A stretch of 62,334 nt of DNA, filler included, from a bacterium (lineage in GTDB: Bacteria > JALSQH01): the NCBI GenBank assembly GCA_027004335.1. It is 10 parts of 10 records of this genome, joined end to end, with 100 filler letters (N's around TTAATTAATTAA, not from the genome) between each part and the next. Parts side by side here need not be neighbours in the genome. Positions count along the whole stretch, not along the records: positions 53,510 to 57,879 come from JALTID010000070.1; positions 57,980 to 62,334 come from JALTID010000071.1; 8 more parts are not named here. One strand, given 5' to 3'. The stretch's first letter is position 1; each line of letters starts with the position of its first letter. The notes under the pieces are model-generated. The model was not told the DNA's origin and did not search any database. It worked only from the letters and a program-made list of their open reading frames with translations. Both the position numbers and the translations under genes were made by a program. Positions 55,335 through 62,334 of the stretch are shown here, piece by piece.

Positions 55335-55835
55335 TTGCCCGACCATCCTGTTTCATGTTTCATAAAAACTGAAAAGGGGAGAGAAGAAATACCAGAATTA
55401 AAATCATCTTTCAAAACATCAGCTATTGCGGTAGCCATTCTCGTTATAGGCTACTTCGCCGTCGCATATCTTCCAGATGTAATGAAGAAAAGAACAATGG
55501 TAAGTGAAGCACGACATTATTTAACTCAGCAACTGGATAAATGGAAAAGGGGAGAAGAAAATGAGATAAAAGGAATTCTTTCAGCCTTTGTTTCCTCTGA
55601 TTTAAAGCAGTGGATGAAAGTAACCCTTCTGGACTACAAAATAAAATCATTGCGGAAAGTTGATAAGCGGGTTCATAAATTCTTTGGTTCAAGAAGATGT
55701 AGATATGTTTCAGATCCTGTTAAAGCTAAAACTATTCTAACAATTGAGGATGAAAATGGCATCGAGTCCTCTGAAGAAGCAGTTTATCATATAAGAGCCC
55801 TTGGGAAACACCGGTGGAAGACTTCAAATTATTAA
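55335..55835 (+). CDS. hypothetical membrane-anchored protein (start uncertain)
   Basis: 166-aa ORF with one TM segment. Confidence 0.5.
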   Translation: MPDHPVSCFIKTEKGREEIPELKSSFKTSAIAVAILVIGYFAVAYLPDVMKKRTMVSEARHYLTQQLDKWKRGEENEIKGILSAFVSSDLKQWMKVTLLDYKIKSLRKVDKRVHKFFGSRRCRYVSDPVKAKTILTIEDENGIESSEEAVYHIRALGKHRWKTSNY

Positions 55836-56735
55836 TTAATGGGAATGCCTATGGTCATGATTTCCTATTTCCATCTTCCTTATTAATTCCCTGGGATGGT
55901 TCGGGTGAAATTCAGGCTGAAAGGTTACATGATTTATTCCAATATCCTTAATTTTTTTCTCTAATGTCTCTATAATTTCTGTTGCCTTTCTCAGTTCAAC
56001 ATTCTCTTTAAAATCAATATGAGCTTCAAGATGGATCTCGTTCTCGTTTAGCTGCCAGATATGAAAATGGTGGAAGCCTTCAATCTCGGGAATAGAAGTA
56101 AAAATAGACTTTATCTTTTCATAATCCACACCTTCTGGAGCAAAATTCATCAGGATCCTGTAAACTTTTTTGAAACTGTCCCTTGAAGAATAAAAGATAA
56201 AAGAAGCTATGAAAATAGATAAGATGGGATCAATTATATAGTAGTCAGTATACTCTATAATTAAGCCCCCCAAAACTACAGCTATAGATGTAAACATATC
56301 TGTTAGAAGATGTAGATATGCAGATTTAACATTCAGACTTCGGAGAAAACCACCATGTAGATGGGATGCGCTCATAGCATTAATAACCACACTCAAAAGA
56401 CCAATCCATATAATCAGTTTAGAATTAACCTCTGCAGGAGAAATGATTTTCAATATTCCTTCAACTATTAAATAGAACCCTATACCAATTAAAACCATTA
56501 AATTTACAAAGGCAGCCAGAATTTCTATTCTTCTATACCCGAAAGTTTTTGTAATGTCAGCTTCCTTCTCAGAGATTTTTCTCGCAACATAGGTGATCAA
56601 GAGAACAAACACATCACTTAAATTATGTAGAGCGTCAGAAAGAAGGGAAAGACTGCCAGCAAGAATACCAGCGATAAATTCGGTAAAAGTGATGATAATA
56701 TTAAGAACTAAAGAAACTAATATCCTTCCATTCAT
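55836..56735 (-). CDS. cation diffusion facilitator (CzcD/ZitB-like)
   Basis: LLSDALHNLSD, TFGYRRIE, SAYLHLLTD, HHFHIW, His-rich tail. Confidence 0.93.
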   Translation of the reverse strand: MNGRILVSLVLNIIITFTEFIAGILAGSLSLLSDALHNLSDVFVLLITYVARKISEKEADITKTFGYRRIEILAAFVNLMVLIGIGFYLIVEGILKIISPAEVNSKLIIWIGLLSVVINAMSASHLHGGFLRSLNVKSAYLHLLTDMFTSIAVVLGGLIIEYTDYYIIDPILSIFIASFIFYSSRDSFKKVYRILMNFAPEGVDYEKIKSIFTSIPEIEGFHHFHIWQLNENEIHLEAHIDFKENVELRKATEIIETLEKKIKDIGINHVTFQPEFHPNHPRELIRKMEIGNHDHRHSH

Positions 56736-56774
56736 TACTTATAGGATATTGAACCAAAGATGTAAGGCAAGCAA

Positions 56775-56790
56775 TGTTTCACATGAAACA
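56775..56790. promoter_or_regulatory. parS centromere-like site
   Basis: Second identical TGTTTCACATGAAACA, intergenic. Confidence 0.75.
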
Positions 56791-57879
56791 TTAAGGGTTA
56801 GAACTCAATGTTCGCTTCAACTTCCTTACCTCCAACCAGCCCCAGCTAAAGCCAATAATACTCGCAAGAATATTCCCGGCACCTATCCCTGCCCACACTC
56901 CTGGTAGGCCTTTTTTAAGAACAATGCCAAAGAGGTAAGCAAAACCAAGCTGAAAGATCAAGGTCCTCAGTATCGTAACTGCAAGGGCATTTTCACCCTT
57001 ACCAATTCCCTGAAACATGGAAGAGGTCAACATTCCAAGTGGGGTAAATGGCACAAAGAGAATCAACATTCTCAGCGCAACCACCAGGTCGTGATGTATA
57101 TAACCGCTCCCTTTCGCATAGGAAAAAATATAGGCAATATAATAGGCAAAAACCTCCACAAGGAGTAGTACAAAAAGCTCGCTAATAAAACCAATCTTCA
57201 CACCAAAATAGTACCCTGTTTTGAGTTTCCCGAAATCCCTCGCCCCAAAGGCAGAAGCAGTTACAGCAGTTACACCAATAGCAATTCCCAAAAGGGGTAT
57301 TATTCCTACAAGCACAATCCTCCATGCACTGGTAAAAACAGCAATACCATCTGTACCGCCGGCTCTGGAAACAATCACATTAAGAAAGAACATTGTCAGA
57401 GCCATGGAGAGCTGGGCAAAAGATGATGGCAGACCTACCCTGAGGATCTCCCATGTAAGAGTTGAGGAGTACCTAAAAAGTTTAAAAACAACCTCCACAT
57501 AGGTATCCCTCTTTATAAAAACCCAGTAAAACATCAGGGATGAAGTAACAATAGTAGAAAAGAGCGTTGCCCACGCTGCCCCACTTACTCCCAATTTGAA
57601 GGTGTAGATGAAAACAGGATCAAGCACAATATTCAGAAGAGTCCCCAGTAACATTGCATACATCGCCCTTTTGACATCCCCCTCCCCCCGCAGAATTCCG
57701 TTACTTATATTATTAAAAACAAGGAAAAAAGATCCCAGTACAAGTATCCTTGAATAGGATAAAACATAGCTCAGAGTTTTACCTTTTGCTTTCATAAGGA
57801 CAAAAATTTCCCTGAGGTAGGGATATATGAGAGCCACGACTATTACAATAAAAATAAAACCTATCACATAAGTGTGAAG
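56791..57879 (-). CDS. MATE-family efflux transporter (5' end missing)
   Basis: GILRGEGD, LNIVLDPVFIY..LGVSGAAWAT, FQGIGKG. Confidence 0.92.
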   Translation of the reverse strand, partial: LHTYVIGFIFIVIVVALIYPYLREIFVLMKAKGKTLSYVLSYSRILVLGSFFLVFNNISNGILRGEGDVKRAMYAMLLGTLLNIVLDPVFIYTFKLGVSGAAWATLFSTIVTSSLMFYWVFIKRDTYVEVVFKLFRYSSTLTWEILRVGLPSSFAQLSMALTMFFLNVIVSRAGGTDGIAVFTSAWRIVLVGIIPLLGIAIGVTAVTASAFGARDFGKLKTGYYFGVKIGFISELFVLLLVEVFAYYIAYIFSYAKGSGYIHHDLVVALRMLILFVPFTPLGMLTSSMFQGIGKGENALAVTILRTLIFQLGFAYLFGIVLKKGLPGVWAGIGAGNILASIIGFSWGWLEVRKLKRTLSSNP

Positions 57880-57979
57880 NNNNNNNNNNNNNNNNNNNNN
57901 NNNNNNNNNNNNNNNNNNNNNNNTTAATTAATTAANNNNNNNNNNNNNNNNNNNNNNNNNNNNNNNNNNNNNNNNNNNN

Positions 57980-58560
57980 AGTTGGAAAAGTTCCTTATTG
58001 TGGGACTTGGCAACCCCGGTCCACAGTATGAATTGACAAGACATAATATTGGTTTTCTTGTTCTTGATTTTTTTGTTGATGCACTGAGCTTGAATGACTG
58101 GAAAAAAAAGTTTAAAGGTATATACTTAACAGCAAATATTTTTGATAAGTTTTTATTTTTTTTAAAACCACATACTTTCATGAATAAAAGTGGAGAATCT
58201 GTTAAGGAAGTGATTAGAAAAGAAAGTATTGTTATTTCAAGTACTTTAGTGGTATATGATGATGTTGATATGGAATTTGGGAAGGTAAAATTTAAATTTG
58301 GTGGTGGGGATGGAGGACATAAAGGTGTAAGGTCAATTATAAATGAGATAGGTGATAGAGATTTCTGGAGATTGAAAATGGGCATCGGGAGAGGAGGTGA
58401 TACGGTAGATTATGTTCTTTCCAGATTTGACGAGGAACAGTTTTCTCTTCTTGATGATTTTCTCAAACTTGCTTCTGATGCTATTACCTGCTTTCTGAAG
58501 GAGGGTCCTTCAAAAGCAATGAACGAGTATAATGGTAGAAGCGTAATTGCCAACGATTAA
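57980..58560 (+). CDS. pth: peptidyl-tRNA hydrolase
   Basis: LIVGLGNPG, TRHNIGF, KPHTFMN.SG, YDDVD, GGHKGV, DYVL. Confidence 0.95.
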
Positions 58561-58572
58561 AAGGAGGTACTC

Positions 58573-60630
58573 ATGGGAGAAGTGTTGAAGATCATTTCAT
58601 ATTTAGTTCCATTGGCTGGTTTACTGGGATTAATTATTGCTGGTTTTCTCTATTTTTACCTTAAAAAACAGAGTCCCGGTAATGAAAGGATGCAGGAAAT
58701 TGCGGGGATGATCCATGAGGGAGCTCAAGCTTTTTTGAAAAGGGAATATCTTGTGCTTTCCGTATTCGTTCTTATTGTATTCCTTGCTCTATGGTGGGGG
58801 ATCGCCATTCAAACTGCAGTTGCGTTTATATTTGGGGCATTGAGTTCTGTTTTTGCTGGTTATTTTGGGATGCAGGCGGCTACCATGGCGAATGTTCGGA
58901 CCGCTGAAGCAGCAAGGAGTACTGGACAGGATAAAGCGCTTTTTGTTGCTTTCATAGGTGGTTCAGTTATGGGGCTTTCTGTAGCAAGTCTTGGTCTGTT
59001 AGGTGCGGGAATTTTTTATATAATTTTTAAAGATCCATCCACTGCTAAATTTATAAATGGTTATGCCATGGGTGCTTCTTCAATTGCTCTTTTTGCCAGA
59101 GTCGGTGGTGGAATTTATACGAAAGCTGCTGATGTTGGTGCTGATTTAGTTGGTAAAGTTGAAGCAGGAATCCCCGAGGATGATCCAAGGAACCCAGGAG
59201 TTATTGCAGATAATGTTGGTGATGATGTTGGAGATACAGCGGGAATGGGGGCTGATATTTTTGAGTCCTATGTGGGTTCCATGATCGCCACCATTGCTCT
59301 TGCAGCAACTCTCAAAGATTCTGCAATTGTTAAATTAATAGGTCAGAGTGATAAACTTCATAGAGAAATACTAATGCTGATGCCTCTTTTTATGGCCTTT
59401 CTTGGTATTCTTTCCTCCTGGGCAGGTATTGCTACAATGACCATTTTCAGAAAATTAAATCCACAGGCTGCTCTTAGGTATGCAACGATTCTTGCTGCAG
59501 TTATATTCCTTATTATTGCATATTTTGGCATTGTTTATTTTGACATAAGTGTTGGTGTTTACTGGTCAATCCTTTCCGGTACAATTACTGGGGTATTGAT
59601 TGGGTTGATAACTGAATTTTACACCTCAGCGAGTCCCATTTTTAGAATCACCGAGGCAAGTAAAACAGGTCATGCAACAAATATTATTCAGGGGCTGGCA
59701 GTGGGGATGGAAAGCACAGCAGTGCCTGTTCTTGTAATTGCTGCTGCGATCTATGTGGCTTATGTAAGTGCAGGCCTCTACGGGATCGCTATCTCAGCAG
59801 TTGGCATGCTGGCAACTGTTGGGATCACAATGAGTGTTGATGCCTATGGTCCCATTGCAGATAATGCTGGTGGAATTACAGAGATGTCAGAGTTAGGAGA
59901 AAATGTCAGGGCAATTACAGATAGGCTTGATGCTCTTGGAAACACCACAGCAGCAATTGGAAAAGGTTTTGCCATTGGCTCTGCTGCTCTTACCGCCCTT
60001 GCCCTTTTCTCTGCATATACACAGTCCATTGGAATTGCTTATCAAAAACATGCTGGTGGTGTTATAATTAACCTTGATAATCCTTATGTTTTAATTGGAT
60101 TACTTATCGGGGGTATTCTTCCATTTTTTATTGCTTCTCTTGCCATGACTGCTGTGGGTCGTGCCGCATCAAAGATGGTTGATGAGATCAGAAGGCAGTT
60201 TAAGGAGATATCTGGTCTTCTTGAGGGGAAGCCCGGAGTCAAACCTGATGCTGCAAGATGCGTTGAAATCTCAACCAATGCTGCTTTAAAAGAGATGATT
60301 GCTCCTGGGTTAACGGCTGTTCTTGCTCCCCTTGTAGTTGGATTTGGTCTGGGTGCTAAGGCTCTTGGTGGGATGCTTGCTGGTGCCACTGTAACAGGTG
60401 TTCTTCTTGCTCTTTTCATGGCAAATGCTGGTGCAGCATGGGATAATGCAAAAAAGGCTATTGAAAGTGGTAGAGTAGAAGGGGAGAAAAAAGGCAGTGA
60501 TGCTCATAAAGCTGCTGTAACAGGTGACACAGTGGGGGACCCCTTCAAAGATACAGCCGGTCCTTCCATGAATATTCTTATCAAGCTTATGAGTATTGTT
60601 TCCCTTGTTATTGCACCATTCTTACACTGA
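58573..60630 (+). CDS. hppA: membrane-bound pyrophosphatase, K+-dependent type (probably Na+-translocating)
   Basis: [31 protein letters not shown] (Ala rather than Lys) marks the K+-dependent class. Confidence 0.93.
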   Translation: MGEVLKIISYLVPLAGLLGLIIAGFLYFYLKKQSPGNERMQEIAGMIHEGAQAFLKREYLVLSVFVLIVFLALWWGIAIQTAVAFIFGALSSVFAGYFGMQAATMANVRTAEAARSTGQDKALFVAFIGGSVMGLSVASLGLLGAGIFYIIFKDPSTAKFINGYAMGASSIALFARVGGGIYTKAADVGADLVGKVEAGIPEDDPRNPGVIADNVGDDVGDTAGMGADIFESYVGSMIATIALAATLKDSAIVKLIGQSDKLHREILMLMPLFMAFLGILSSWAGIATMTIFRKLNPQAALRYATILAAVIFLIIAYFGIVYFDISVGVYWSILSGTITGVLIGLITEFYTSASPIFRITEASKTGHATNIIQGLAVGMESTAVPVLVIAAAIYVAYVSAGLYGIAISAVGMLATVGITMSVDAYGPIADNAGGITEMSELGENVRAITDRLDALGNTTAAIGKGFAIGSAALTALALFSAYTQSIGIAYQKHAGGVIINLDNPYVLIGLLIGGILPFFIASLAMTAVGRAASKMVDEIRRQFKEISGLLEGKPGVKPDAARCVEISTNAALKEMIAPGLTAVLAPLVVGFGLGAKALGGMLAGATVTGVLLALFMANAGAAWDNAKKAIESGRVEGEKKGSDAHKAAVTGDTVGDPFKDTAGPSMNILIKLMSIVSLVIAPFLH

Positions 60631-60632
60631 AG

Positions 60633-61163
60633 TTAAAGGGGGCTTCTGCCCCCTTCTTTTTTTATAATAAAGACATTAAGTTCTCTTGGTCCATGTGCTC
60701 CCTTCACAATTATTTTTTCAATATCAGCTGTTTTTGATGGTCCTGTGATCAGGGTCATATCCCTGTCGGGGGTTATGAGATCAAATAGCTTATCAATGTC
60801 TGGTACTATTTTTTCTTCTTCAATAAGCCCAATTGTTACTTCAGGCAGGAGAGAGGCCAGTTTTTCATATCTGTTAGAGTGGATTGTTAGAAGGGTTCCT
60901 GTGTTAGCGACCCCACTTTCTACCTGAAATATACCCACTACATTTTCAGATTTCCGGGGGAATTCCCTGCCAATTGATTGAAGATATGGATAAAGGTGTA
61001 GCTGATTGTATAATTCTTCCGGTGAAGTTACTACCTCTGAGATATTTTTCTTCCAGAGGAATTTAACTATTTCTCTTTTTAATTCTTCCCTTGAGGTTAC
61101 AATTACTTTGGCTACATCCTGTTTTTTCAAATTATCAATGAATTCTTCAAGCAATTCTCTCAT
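60633..61163 (-). CDS. LutC/YkgG family lactate utilisation protein
   Basis: VANTGT, SLLPE, LITGPSKTADIE...GAHGP. Confidence 0.9.
   Translation of the reverse strand: MRELLEEFIDNLKKQDVAKVIVTSREELKREIVKFLWKKNISEVVTSPEELYNQLHLYPYLQSIGREFPRKSENVVGIFQVESGVANTGTLLTIHSNRYEKLASLLPEVTIGLIEEEKIVPDIDKLFDLITPDRDMTLITGPSKTADIEKIIVKGAHGPRELNVFIIKKEGGRSPL
60636..60664 (+). terminator. intrinsic terminator after hppA (overlaps the lutC-like 3' end)
   Basis: AAGGGGGC-TTCT-GCCCCCTT followed by a T run. Confidence 0.65.
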
Positions 61164-62334
61164 CTTATTTCAATATCCCTCTCTTTTGTCCATTTTTCTA
61201 AAAAGGGTAATTTGTGGATCACTCCTTTCCCCCTGGCTGCCCTACGAAATATTTTCAGAAAAAAAGAGAAAAATTTGTTTGTCTCTTGGTTGGTGAACAT
61301 TGTTTTCCATGAGCTTATGATAAATTTCTCCCGCCAGGTTAAATTCTTTCTGTACTGCTGACTTCTCAGTTTGAGGATCATGCCCGTGAGGTCAATTTTC
61401 TCGGGGCATATCTCTGTGCACGCTCCACATAAGGTGCAGGCGTAAGGGAGGTCACCGGGGGCTTCATCTCCGTAGGCCATATAATTCCAGAGAATTCCTA
61501 TGGGTCCTGAATAAGTTCCTCCGTAGGGATGCCCCCCCGTTATCTCAAAAACTGGACATGCATTGGCACATGCACCGCATTTTATACATTTCAGAGCTTC
61601 ATAGAACTCTCTGTTTTTCAGAAACTTTTTTCTTCCGTTATCCAGTAAAACTATGTGTCTCTCCACTTCATCGGAACCGGTAAGAATTGAGACATACCCT
61701 GTTTGTCTCTGTCCCGTTCCGTTGGGAGCGAGAATATTAAGAAAATATTTCAGATCCTTGAATTCGGGTATGAGCTTTTCTATCCCCGTCAGGATAATGT
61801 GAAGTGAGGGAAGGGTAGTGGACATACGGATATTCCCCTCATTCTCAACAAGAACTACAGCTCCTGAATCTGCAACTAAAAAATTTGCGCCGGTTATGCC
61901 TGCATCTGCTCTGAAAAATTTTTCTCTGAGGTATTTTCTTGCTATTAAAGTTAATTCCTCTGGAGATTCTGTGTAATCCACTTTCAACTTTTCCTGAAAT
62001 AGTCTTCCTATTGTTTTTCTGGTCATATGTATTGCTGGAGCTGTGATATGGGCCGGTTTCTCACCTGCCAACTGAATTATGAATTCTCCTAAATCTGTCT
62101 CAAGAGTTTCTATATTGTGCCGTATCAAAAACTGATCCAGTTCTATTTCTTCAGAGGTCATTGATTTCCCCTTTACTACAAGTCCTGTATCGTGAGATTG
62201 AAGTATGTACAAAATAATTTCTCTTGCTTCATCTGATGAGGATGCAGTATGTATATGGAAACCTCTCTCTGATGCGTTTCTTATGAATTTTTCCAAAAGT
62301 TCCTGATGATTTTTAATAACTCTGTCTTTTATAT
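61160..62334 (-). CDS. LutB/LldF family Fe-S lactate utilisation protein (5' end missing)
   Basis: KGKSM.SEEI, ETDLGE, HITAPA.H, ENEGN, CIKCGACANACP, CTLCGACTEICP. Confidence 0.93.
   Translation of the reverse strand, partial: IKDRVIKNHQELLEKFIRNASERGFHIHTASSSDEAREIILYILQSHDTGLVVKGKSMTSEEIELDQFLIRHNIETLETDLGEFIIQLAGEKPAHITAPAIHMTRKTIGRLFQEKLKVDYTESPEELTLIARKYLREKFFRADAGITGANFLVADSGAVVLVENEGNIRMSTTLPSLHIILTGIEKLIPEFKDLKYFLNILAPNGTGQRQTGYVSILTGSDEVERHIVLLDNGRKKFLKNREFYEALKCIKCGACANACPVFEITGGHPYGGTYSGPIGILWNYMAYGDEAPGDLPYACTLCGACTEICPEKIDLTGMILKLRSQQYRKNLTWREKFIISSWKTMFTNQETNKFFSFFLKIFRRAARGKGVIHKLPFLEKWTKERDIEIR

Noticed and set aside
13172-57979. Recurrent TTAATTAATTAA flanked by Ns, and ORFs ending '...LIN'
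   Set aside because: Artificial six-frame-stop contig linker; not a biological repeat, and gene order across it is meaningless
1-62334. CRISPR array, cas genes, rRNA, prophage, reverse transcriptase
   Set aside because: No regularly spaced repeats or recognisable genes of these classes seen

Overview
This window is a concatenation of ten contigs (one or more organisms, most simply one draft genome or MAG) joined by artificial N-TTAATTAATTAA-N linkers, so adjacency across linkers is not biological. The DNA is AT-rich and the gene set is Deltaproteobacteria/Myxococcota-like: eukaryote-type citrate synthase, Ahb/Nir siroheme decarboxylase with hemL, and AgmX/PglI, MshEN, DUF4388-like and MYXO-CTERM-like proteins. 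Most of it is housekeeping: speB, long-chain acyl-CoA ligase, murJ, hemL, gltA, topA, tldD, lptD-like, tyrS, mltD-like, zapA-6S-ygfA-rny-ymdB, pth, hppA, lutBC and two tRNAs. The most interesting signal is non-coding: a 340-460 bp element present twice on different contigs (19521-19860 +; 51550-52011 -). It has nested stems supported by three compensatory base-pair changes, a recurrent GUCA/A internal loop and a 3' pyrimidine-motif triplex module. Other points: REP-like palindromes translated in frame inside an AAA-PD-(D/E)XK gene; a ~120 nt 6S RNA candidate; apparently pervasive leaderless genes; a probable ATA start codon; two toxin-antitoxin loci whose toxins are cut at ~20 codons; a parS cluster; an internally deleted IS256; and a MoxR-unknown-vWA/zincin operon. 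All assignments come from reading motifs by eye; no database searches were run.
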